DNA of 53,966 nucleotides from an uncultured Rhodobacterales bacterium (GTDB lineage Bacteria; Pseudomonadota; Alphaproteobacteria; Rhodobacterales; Rhodobacteraceae): NCBI GenBank assembly GCA_964441435.1, contig CAYTUW010000001.1, positions 1 to 53,966 of the forward strand, read 5' to 3'. Shown piece by piece: positions 45,523 to 53,966 of this stretch (position 1 is its first letter; each line of letters starts with the position of its first letter). The notes under the pieces were generated by a model. It saw only the letters and a program-made list of their open reading frames with translations, ran no database searches and was not told where the DNA came from. The position numbers and the translations under genes were made by a program.

Positions 45523-47642
45523 CGCAGAACATGCCCCCAGCTTCGGGCGACATCCGGTGCGTGATATTCCCGAACCTGTTCATAAAGCCGATTGGATACA
45601 TTCAGCCGTGCCCCGCCATCGCGTTGAATGGGGCGCAGGGTGACAGCGTTGCTGCGGCGGCTCGGCTGTCCGGTGATTGACGCCATGGGAATGGTCAGCA
45701 TGATCCCTTTGTCAAACGAACCTTCGCCGAAATCTTCGTATGAAACATCGGTCCGGGTGACAAATGCCCCAACCTTCCAGCCGTTTGCAAATTCCCTGCT
45801 CAGTGTAAAGGTCGCCCCCCAGTCCCCCGCCAGGTAGCGCCCGACATCGAGCTGAGCCTGAAACCCGTTTTGGAACGTGTAATAGCCGGACAGATGGCCG
45901 GTGATCACGTCGTAGTCCTGAAACCCGAAAAGCTGCTCAAAATCACGCTGCCGTGCGTAGTTGAGCTCTGCCCCGAGGGCGAGGCGGCTATTGACCGGCT
46001 TCCACAGAAGCTCCGCCGAAACGCCACCGAACATCGGTTCAAGATAACCCAGGCTGACCCGGCCATAGGTGTTGCGTGCCGGACGGAATATGTAATCCAT
46101 GGTCAGATTGTGGATTTCCGGGTCGCCGATGGTGTTGTAAAGCGTGGCATCCGTCCGCACATGCGGCAGGACGGAGTCGCTTACCACGATTGAATCCCCT
46201 AAATTTCCCACAATTCTTTTGCGGATTGCCCCGGAGAACGAAAGCCCTGGTGCAACCTCTATGCCAGCGCTCGCTTCGACGCCGATTTCCCCCAGAAACG
46301 GGTTCCCCGCGCCAAACAGAACCGTTTCCACATAGGGTGACACCGCCCATTGGAACCGCGGATAAAACCCATCGACCCGATCCTGCGCAGACAGCCCCAG
46401 GCTTGCATAGGCATCAGCAAATTGCAGATCGTCAAGCAGACCAGCGCCCCCGTCGGACGCATGTTCAAACCGTTCAATCTGTGCGCGATCGAGAGTGACC
46501 ACAGACATCGGCACACCGCTGGAAATTGGTACCAACCGGAACCGGGTGACACCCTGAGGCATGGTATAGGTCAATGCTCGCGCCGCGCGGCCGATGGCCT
46601 GTGCAGGCATGTTGTAAGTTGGATTGCGGAAACCAACCGTCACCTCATTCCCGGTGATTGAAAGGGATTCCAGCCGCAGCCCGCTGGCCTCAAAGGCCGC
46701 GCTGCTCGCCGTGACGATTTGCTGGCGTTCCGCCGGGGTGGGCCCTGATGAATTTTGCCAACTCATCGCAGCGGCACGCTGATATGGCAGAACGGGCAGG
46801 GGCGCTGGCTCAGAGCCATCGCCATTCCCCGGATGCTTCGGGTTGAGCCCAAAGCTCAACTGAACACCCAGTTCCGATCCATAAAGGTAGTAAACGCCAA
46901 GGTTCACGTGATCGGAAATTTCGTAACTCGCGCCAAAGTTAAAGGGGGACCGACGGTTGATAATCCCACGCGAAACCTCCTCTGTATATGCATCAGAGGA
47001 ATATTCGGCAAACAGCCTCAGACGGTCATTCGCCTGCCATTCAAGCCCGGCAAATGCCGCCGCCGGCCCTCTGAAAAAGCGATCCAGGTTGAAGGTTCCG
47101 CCGGTCGGATCATATGAATCCGGCCGATCATCAAGCCCGAAGGGATTATCAAATGAATTGTAACTGCCAAGTCGACCCCAGCCGATACCACCCGTCAGCT
47201 TCAACTGGGATCCGAAATGTTTCGTTGCCGCGATGTATTCCGCTGAATGGATGCCGGTTCCCACAAAGTCCTGCAAGCCGATGGTCACCGATGGCCGTGA
47301 AACGGTTTCCTCAAACAGCAGATACCGGAAGTCAAAGCTCCGGTCGTAGTAGGTATCGATGCTGCCATTCGGCCAGCCCTTTGTGGCGGAAAACCGGAAA
47401 CTCCCGGTCATTCGCGGAGTGATCTGGAACGATAGCGTACTGCGCGTGATCCCGGCGAAATGCGAAATGGTCGTTTGCAGGTCCGCATCCGGCATCGGTT
47501 CGCCTGATGGCATGTCAATCACGCCTGGAACACCGTGGAAGTTCAGGTGCGCAGACTGCGTTCTGGGCTCACCTTGCAATGCCCCTGCCCCGGTCAACAA
47601 AGGAACAACTGCAAGACAAAAAGCCGATGCGCGCGCGGTCAT
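45519..47642 (-). CDS. YjbH/GfcD-family outer-membrane protein
   Basis: 707 aa with a signal peptide. NFHGVPGVIDMPSGEPMPDADL matches the YjbH N-terminal block. Aromatic/Gly-rich beta-barrel pattern throughout. Confidence 0.8.
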   Translation of the reverse strand: MTARASAFCLAVVPLLTGAGALQGEPRTQSAHLNFHGVPGVIDMPSGEPMPDADLQTTISHFAGITRSTLSFQITPRMTGSFRFSATKGWPNGSIDTYYDRSFDFRYLLFEETVSRPSVTIGLQDFVGTGIHSAEYIAATKHFGSQLKLTGGIGWGRLGSYNSFDNPFGLDDRPDSYDPTGGTFNLDRFFRGPAAAFAGLEWQANDRLRLFAEYSSDAYTEEVSRGIINRRSPFNFGASYEISDHVNLGVYYLYGSELGVQLSFGLNPKHPGNGDGSEPAPLPVLPYQRAAAMSWQNSSGPTPAERQQIVTASSAAFEASGLRLESLSITGNEVTVGFRNPTYNMPAQAIGRAARALTYTMPQGVTRFRLVPISSGVPMSVVTLDRAQIERFEHASDGGAGLLDDLQFADAYASLGLSAQDRVDGFYPRFQWAVSPYVETVLFGAGNPFLGEIGVEASAGIEVAPGLSFSGAIRKRIVGNLGDSIVVSDSVLPHVRTDATLYNTIGDPEIHNLTMDYIFRPARNTYGRVSLGYLEPMFGGVSAELLWKPVNSRLALGAELNYARQRDFEQLFGFQDYDVITGHLSGYYTFQNGFQAQLDVGRYLAGDWGATFTLSREFANGWKVGAFVTRTDVSYEDFGEGSFDKGIMLTIPMASITGQPSRRSNAVTLRPIQRDGGARLNVSNRLYEQVREYHAPDVARSWGHVLR

Positions 47643-47758
47643 ATTCTATTTCTTTGGTTGCTGCTCTGGATAGCCCGTGTTCACTCAACCGGATCATGGG
47701 CCAAAAAACAAGGGACGGCGCAGCTGTGACTCGGCAGTGTGGGATTTATGTGCGGGGT

Positions 47759-48376
47759 CTATGCGCGCAGCACACAGCCAAGCGTCATCCATATGATTTT
47801 GATGTCCAGCCAAAGACTTTGATTTAAAAGATATATTCTATCAATGCGCGCCTTTAGCGGAATGCATCGGCGGCGATAGACACTATCCGTTTCTTCTGCG
47901 GTCTTGCAACGGGACAACAAATCGTTTTCAAAATCATGCATGATGATCGTTGCGAGCCCGGTGACACCCGGCCTGGATTGCAACGTCTCTGAATAGATTG
48001 CATTTTCTGCCTCAACGTACTGGCGCAGTGGCGGGCGGGGGCCGACAAAGCTCATATCCCCCAGCAAGATATTCAGAATCTGTGGAAACTCATCAATCCG
48101 GTAGCGCCGCAACAACTGCCCCAAAGGCGTGATACGTGATATCTTGTCGCCGCCCGAAACCCCTTCTTCCGCCCTTTTCGTGCAGCGCATGGTGCGGAAT
48201 TTCCAAAGCGTGAAGGATTCGTTTGGCCCCTTCATTCGTTCGGAGCCAAAAAACACCGGCCGCCCGTCAAGCAACAGCACGATCAGGGCAACCACCAAGA
48301 CAACAACCGCCAGAAACGGCAACAAAAGGAGCGATAACAAGAGGTCGAAGAAGCGCTTTTGTTTCGTCATTTTCAC
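47759..48376 (-). CDS. Bacterial sugar transferase (small polyprenyl-phosphate hexose-1-phosphate transferase)
   Basis: KRFFDLLLSLLLLP...RPVFF..ERMG..G..F.LWKFRTM...DEFPQILNILLGDMSFVGPRP..P. Confidence 0.88.
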   Translation of the reverse strand: MKMTKQKRFFDLLLSLLLLPFLAVVVLVVALIVLLLDGRPVFFGSERMKGPNESFTLWKFRTMRCTKRAEEGVSGGDKISRITPLGQLLRRYRIDEFPQILNILLGDMSFVGPRPPLRQYVEAENAIYSETLQSRPGVTGLATIIMHDFENDLLSRCKTAEETDSVYRRRCIPLKARIDRIYLLNQSLWLDIKIIWMTLGCVLRA

Positions 48377-48618
48377 ATTCTACGCGGTTCTCTTCGCGCC
48401 CGGACTTCTGCCATAAGTTGTGGATATCATGCATAATATCCGCTTTGGTGTAAATAACATAACGCTGTGTATGCCATGGTTCGGCTGCCTCTGAACAAAC
48501 GGCCTGTCAGGGACTGAAACGGCAAATTTTCAACAAATCCGCACAAACACGCCGGGTTAACGCCGCAATAACCGCGTTTTGTCTTCCTGATGGGGGCCTT
48601 TTTGAGTGAGGAAGGCCA

Positions 48619-48876
48619 ATGAAATCTGTCCTGGCTACATTTGCTGCTCTGGCGCTTGCCGGATGCATGTCGACATCAGCGCCTGCTGTTTCTGAACAAA
48701 ACAGCGCCGGCATCCGTCTTGTGACCCAATCCGGCGTCGCACCGCCCTTTGCCCTGGCGCAAACACAGACAAGTGCGAACCGCTACTGCGCCGCTATGGG
48801 AAAACGCGCCTATTACGCTGACACCCGGCAGTTGCGCAGCGGCGCTGCGGAACATTATTATCAGTGCATCCGGTAG
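48619..48876 (+). CDS. Hypothetical small lipoprotein
   Basis: Lipobox LAGC; 85 aa with two further Cys; no family recognised. Confidence 0.5.
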   Translation: MKSVLATFAALALAGCMSTSAPAVSEQNSAGIRLVTQSGVAPPFALAQTQTSANRYCAAMGKRAYYADTRQLRSGAAEHYYQCIR

Positions 48877-48879
48877 TGT

Positions 48880-48910
48880 AAAAAGCCCCGCCGCGATGAA
48901 GCGACGGGGC
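48880..48910 (-). terminator. Likely terminator of ccrM
   Basis: GCCCCGCCGC-gatgaa-GCGACGGGGC (10-bp stem, one mismatch). On the minus strand it is followed by TTTTT. Confidence 0.6.
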
Positions 48911-48962
48911 AAGGTAGTGCCTTGTGTCAGGCCACAGGCACCGGCGGTATTCTTTGAAAGTT

Positions 48963-50096
<1,134 letters not shown>

Positions 50097-50126
50097 TTAT
50101 TCGCTTCGTTTGTTGAGGCCAAAGAT

Positions 50127-50165
50127 GAGTCATTGATGATTCGGCGTCAAATTCTTTTTTGAATC
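50127..50165 (-). promoter_or_regulatory. Cluster of three GANTC (CcrM target) sites upstream of ccrM
   Basis: GAGTC 50127-50131, GATTC 50138-50142, GAATC 50161-50165, all read directly. Confidence 0.4.
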
Positions 50166-50796
50166 AGTCACTTACGATTTTTTCTTGATACAAGATGTTG
50201 TGGATAGGTTTGAACGAACGTCTATGGTGTGGGGTCACGCCAAGATTTCGGAGTCCCTCCATATGCGCCTTTGAGCCGTAGCCTGCGTTTGTCTCCCAGC
50301 CGTAGCCCGGAAACTGTTGCGCCAAATCCTCCATCAGTTTGTCGCGTGTGATTTTTGCCACGATGGAGGCGGCAGAAATTGAAACGGACCGGCTGTCACC
50401 TTTCACCACGGCCTCTGCCGGGATGGTCAGGCCACGCGGGATCATATTGCCGTCGATCAGCAGGTGATCGGGGGGCGTGGGCAGGGTCGTCACTGCACGC
50501 TCCATCGCCAGATGGGACGCGCGCAGGATGTTGATCGCGTCAATCTCTTCAACACTGGCCATACCGATGCCGACATCAGCCACCGCCAGAATCTCGGCCG
50601 CCAGCACGGCACGGCGTTTCGCGGTCAGCTTTTTTGAATCGTTCAGCCCCTCGGGAATCCGGTCCGGGTCCAGCACGACCGCCGCAGCGTAGACCGGGCC
50701 GGCAAGGGGCCCGCGACCAACCTCATCCACCCCGGCGATGCGGGTAGCGCCATCGGCACGGGCAACGGTTTCCAGGGAATAATCGGGCAGGTTCAT
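50164..50796 (-). CDS. rnhB: Ribonuclease HII
   Basis: IAGVDEVGRGPLAGPV, DSKKL and SAASI.AK motifs. ATG 50796 is preferred over the 54-codon longer ORF. Confidence 0.9.
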   Translation of the reverse strand: MNLPDYSLETVARADGATRIAGVDEVGRGPLAGPVYAAAVVLDPDRIPEGLNDSKKLTAKRRAVLAAEILAVADVGIGMASVEEIDAINILRASHLAMERAVTTLPTPPDHLLIDGNMIPRGLTIPAEAVVKGDSRSVSISAASIVAKITRDKLMEDLAQQFPGYGWETNAGYGSKAHMEGLRNLGVTPHHRRSFKPIHNILYQEKIVSD

Positions 50797-50921
50797 GGCA
50801 CCAGAAACCCCGCGCACAGCGGGGATGCAAGTAAAAAGGGCGGAGAGGGGATTTCCTCTCCGCCCGTGGCGGCGCAGCTTGGGGAAGGACAGACCCCGCG
50901 CGCCTCCTGCTCGACTATTGT

Positions 50922-51329
50922 TCAGCCCGCGACACGATATCCACGACGCGCCATGCAATGTTCTGCATAGAATGTGCGCATCCGGCCCCTGCGGTTTTCG
51001 CCGCGACGTTCACAGCGTTCAGGCAAGTTGATACGGCCAACGCGGTTTTCGATGCAGCGTTCGCCAAACCCATAGCGGGTACCGTGGCGGGTTTCGAAAG
51101 GACGCAGACAGGCGCGGGGCAACAAGCGATGATCCGGGCGGGGATCGCGGCGTGTCACCGGCTCTGGCGCCGGATCATCCTTGTCAATGGCGTTTGCAAT
51201 GGCCCCTATGACGACAAGGCCCAGCAGGACTTTGGCAATGTCTTCCCCGTCTGCACGGGCAGGTGTTGCGGCAAACCCCGTCAACGCGACGGAGGCGGCA
51301 AGGGCGAGGGCGATAAAACCTTTTTTCAT
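50922..51329 (-). CDS. Hypothetical secreted protein with an internally duplicated Cys-containing C-terminus
   Basis: ATG 51329 gives MKKGFIALALAASVALTGFAATPARA as a signal peptide. The C-terminus carries two LPxxC...C units. Confidence 0.5.
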   Translation of the reverse strand: MKKGFIALALAASVALTGFAATPARADGEDIAKVLLGLVVIGAIANAIDKDDPAPEPVTRRDPRPDHRLLPRACLRPFETRHGTRYGFGERCIENRVGRINLPERCERRGENRRGRMRTFYAEHCMARRGYRVAG

Positions 51330-51582
51330 GACTGTCTTCCTTTTGACCCGGCGCCCGGCATGATGCAAAGGGCGCGTTTTGCTTATGGGGAAAGGATGGA
51401 ACGGGGGTGAGGAGCTAAACAATAACGCCTCATTGTTATCAAATAACATGTTTTATATCAGCGCTTTAGCTTGATATCACGGAACCCGAAACGTGATTGC
51501 GCGCAAGCCTCCGGGCCGGATCATCAGCGCCGTTCACAACCCTGATATTGAATAACCGGAGAAAGTTGACCAATGTGCGGGC

Positions 51583-51864
51583 ATGATGAAAAATCTTATC
51601 ATAACCCTTGCACTGTTGGGTGCGACTCCGGCTTCTGCGGCTTGCTACGCTGACTACAAGGCGAAGAAGGATAACCCGTTACAACTTCACTACGGTGTCA
51701 TCGAACTGCCGGATGGTTCCTGCGATGCGGGGGCAGCGGCAGGGTATATTTCCGGTCGCCTCGGCGGTGAGGGCTGGCAGCTTCTGAATGTGATTTCCGT
51801 CTTTGACGACACCGGACTGGCAGAACGTCAGGGGGAAGCCGGGCAATACTTTCTCAGGTATTGA
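51583..51864 (+). CDS. Hypothetical small secreted protein (93 aa, 2 Cys)
   Basis: Signal peptide MMKNLIITLALLGATPASA, followed by a strong terminator. Confidence 0.5.
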   Translation: MMKNLIITLALLGATPASAACYADYKAKKDNPLQLHYGVIELPDGSCDAGAAAGYISGRLGGEGWQLLNVISVFDDTGLAERQGEAGQYFLRY

Positions 51865-51881
51865 GCGAAGGCCAACTGAAC

Positions 51882-51913
51882 AAAAAACGCCCGCCGGTCT
51901 GGCGGGCGTTTTC
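51882..51913. terminator. Bidirectional Rho-independent terminator
   Basis: AACGCCCGCC-ggtct-GGCGGGCGTT is a perfect 10-bp stem flanked by A6 upstream and TTTT downstream, between convergent genes. Confidence 0.8.
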
Positions 51914-51927
51914 CTGTTGTACAGAGG

Positions 51928-52635
51928 TTACTGCCAGGTGGTGTAGCCCAGCGACAGCGTTTTCGGACTGCCGCCGGAAATGGCGTTCACACGAAACTGG
52001 CTGATGCGGCCCTCATTGGTGCGCGCACAGATGTAGGAGCCAACCGGAATATCCCGGATCGACACGCGGTTGGCGCTGAACCGGGCAGCGGCACATCCCG
52101 CCTGGCCACGGTTGGTGCGGTTGCCAACCCCAAGTTGCGCCCCGTTGCGCGGCACAAGGTACAGCAGGTCGGCAGTTTCCGCCTGAAACCAGATATCGGC
52201 CGCACCGTTGTCACCCACAACACCGCGATCAAGGTCGGCGGTCCAGGTTTGTGGAATTTCCAGCGGCCCGGTGGAAAAGGTGCGCGGCACCACAACACCA
52301 GCGGTCTGACAGACAAACCCGCGCGCATTTGCCGTGCAGGTCGCACCATCGGGCGCGTAACGCTGAATGTCGCCGGCAGGGCCATAGCGGCATTGCAGCG
52401 CCTTGCGGCCACCGATTTCCACGACACGTGTACCCTGAAGGCTGCCGACGTAAGGCGTGTTCCACCAACCATCGGGCAGCCCTGTGGTCACCTCGCGGCG
52501 TATCTGGCTGTGGGGGCAGTCTATTTGCTGGGCTGCGGCCTCTGCCGTGGTGGCAAATCCCACCATGCCTGTTCCAACGAACCCAAGGGCCAGCCCAAGC
52601 GTTGTCAGTTTACGGCCCCATGAAAAGATCTTCAT
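51928..52635 (-). CDS. Hypothetical secreted protein (~235 aa, multiple Cys)
   Basis: ATG 52635 gives MKIFSWGRKLTTLGLALGFVGTGMVGFATTAEA as a signal peptide. No family recognised. Confidence 0.55.
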   Translation of the reverse strand: MKIFSWGRKLTTLGLALGFVGTGMVGFATTAEAAAQQIDCPHSQIRREVTTGLPDGWWNTPYVGSLQGTRVVEIGGRKALQCRYGPAGDIQRYAPDGATCTANARGFVCQTAGVVVPRTFSTGPLEIPQTWTADLDRGVVGDNGAADIWFQAETADLLYLVPRNGAQLGVGNRTNRGQAGCAAARFSANRVSIRDIPVGSYICARTNEGRISQFRVNAISGGSPKTLSLGYTTWQ

Positions 52636-52827
52636 TTTCTGTCTCCTCTCTAAAATACACATGCGGGCCATGGCTGACCCTTGATAAACAAAATTCCTGC
52701 CCTGCCGATGTCAGGCAATAACCAGCCCATGTTATCAGATATCGCGCATCATTTCGCCCTTGGGTGTCGCGGCGCCATGCTTGACCTGCCCGACAAAGCC
52801 CGTGACAAAGGGGCAGGAGGATGAGCC

Positions 52828-53532
52828 GTGGACGACGCAAAAATCCCGACAAAGCGCGCAAGCGTTCAGGGCAACCGGTTCGTGATGATCGGGCTTGCCG
52901 CGATTGTGCTGATCCTTCTGGCTGCTGCCGTCTTTCTGTTTGCGAGCCTGCCGGATGCCAACGCCTTTGATGCGCGGGTGGAGCGGATCTTTGTCGAAAA
53001 TGATGACCTGACGGCGCATGCGGAAATCAAGCTTCTGGAAATCCTTGCGCAATCTGGCACCGCCTTTTCCGACACGCTTGCCTCTTATCGCACGGTGATT
53101 TTTGTGTTGCTGGTCTTTGCCACGGCGATGCTGATAGCAGCGCTGGTGTTTCTGGTCACGATCATCACCCTGAACCGCCGCATGTCGGAAATCGAACGGA
53201 CCGGCATTCAGGTGTCATCGCTGCTGATCAGCCGCGAGGAAAATACCGTCTACCTCAACAACATGGGCTTCAAGCTGACCGAGGCAGCCCTTGAAACCAT
53301 ATCGGTTCTGGCAGAGGCACGTATGGATGATGAGGTGCTGTCGGGTTCCGAGATTGAGGCGATGATTTCCGGCCGAGACCCTGCCGATTGTGACGAAGCC
53401 GCCGGGGCAACCCGCATCAAGCGCCTGCGTGACACGCTTGGCAATCAGCTGGTCAGCGACCTTTTGGTCAAGAACATCGCGCGGCGTGGGTATATGCTGG
53501 CGATTGAAAAAGACGTGATCAAGATGGTCTGA
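52828..53532 (+). CDS. Two-TM membrane protein with a C-terminal OmpR/PhoB-type winged-helix-like domain
   Basis: Hydrophobic segments at residues ~19-40 and ~89-113. C-terminal FKLTEAALETISVLAEA...VLSGSEIEAMISG...ATRIKRLRDTLG...NIARRGYML follows the Trans_reg_C pattern. Confidence 0.6.
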   Translation: MDDAKIPTKRASVQGNRFVMIGLAAIVLILLAAAVFLFASLPDANAFDARVERIFVENDDLTAHAEIKLLEILAQSGTAFSDTLASYRTVIFVLLVFATAMLIAALVFLVTIITLNRRMSEIERTGIQVSSLLISREENTVYLNNMGFKLTEAALETISVLAEARMDDEVLSGSEIEAMISGRDPADCDEAAGATRIKRLRDTLGNQLVSDLLVKNIARRGYMLAIEKDVIKMV

Positions 53533-53885
53533 TCCGCCCGGGCTATCGCTTGCTGTTGGTGCTTATGTTCAAACCACAGAGCGGCATCCAATGATGTTGC
53601 CAATGATCGCTCAAGAAACCAGATGAGCTCAAGAACCCGCCTTTTCCAGTCCGATCCGTATCTACCGAAATCAACGCAAACACATTGCCCTTTTCCATCT
53701 TCAGGCAGAAGAACGATATATTCGCCATTGACGTTACAAAGTTGCCGCCGCCAACAGACGGCGCACGTAGTTACAAAGCCGGAGGCACGAACCGGGGCTA
53801 AATGCAGACCGCCGCCACTATGCGACAGTAGCATCGCAGCGAAACATGCGAAGTAATTCACAGTATCAACAAGTTGCGGCAGTTT

Positions 53886-53962
53886 TGGTGACCCCGGCAG
53901 GATTCGAACCTGCAACCTGCCCCTTAGGAGGGGGCTGCTCTATCCAGTTGAGCCACGGGGCC
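53886..53962 (-). tRNA. tRNA-Arg (anticodon CCT)
   Basis: Minus strand folds by hand as GGCCCCG-TG-GCTC-AACTGGATA-GAGC-A-GCCCC-CTCCTAA-GGGGC-AGGTT-GCAGG-TTCGAAT-CCTGC-CGGGGTC-A-CCA. 77 nt, with encoded CCA and a T-loop TTCGAAT. Confidence 0.93.
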
Positions 53963-53966
53963 GCTG

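Noticed and set aside
53445-53915. 156-aa minus-strand ORF next to the tRNA
   Set aside because: As drawn, its first 10 codons overlap the tRNA-Arg gene and its last ~29 codons overlap the convergent regulator-like gene. No family motif is present. At most a shorter internal ORF could be real, so I do not report it as a feature.
50922-53962. Prophage or integrative element at the tRNA
   Set aside because: There is no integrase, excisionase, phage structural gene or recognisable att repeat within the window. Only the weaker decayed-or-variable-region hypothesis is retained as a low-interest finding.

Overview
This window looks like chromosomal DNA from a moderately GC-rich alphaproteobacterium. 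Gene content and synteny suggest Rhodobacterales (roseobacter-like), but that is inference only. I support about 55 protein-coding genes, one tRNA (tRNA-Arg CCT at the right edge) and several Rho-independent terminators. I saw no rRNA, CRISPR array, transposase or integrase. Most of the window is core housekeeping: Trm112/LonN/thioredoxin-TPR, xthA, ribA, yggS, a porin, leuS-lptE-holA, pmbA, an IMPase-family gene, DUF4170-waaA-lpxK, dsbA/DUF721/mutY, and ccrM-rnhB. Four patches look accessory or poorly understood. (1) 1-9918 is a co-directional block joining three glycosyltransferase genes and a sulfotransferase to a secreted serralysin/RTX metalloprotease. The protease ORF runs off the left edge, is absent from the ORF track, and was found by hand translation. 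One of the glycosyltransferase genes encodes a 1365-aa fusion of a galectin-like region, a GT31-like domain and a GT2-like domain. (2) 11853-16476 holds an orphan DUF2793/beta-helix tail-fibre-like gene and a four-gene, ATGA-coupled operon of unknown function headed by a Tat-signal FAD oxidase. (3) 44481-48376 is a reduced and permuted YjbH/YjbF exopolysaccharide module with a sugar transferase. (4) 50922-53885 carries small secreted cysteine-containing proteins and a membrane-anchored protein with a C-terminal winged helix, next to the tRNA. The most unusual non-coding signal is at 19599-19681: four perfect palindromes spaced exactly 21 nt apart, with different sequences but fully compensated arms. 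All domain calls rest on motifs read by eye; no database search was run.
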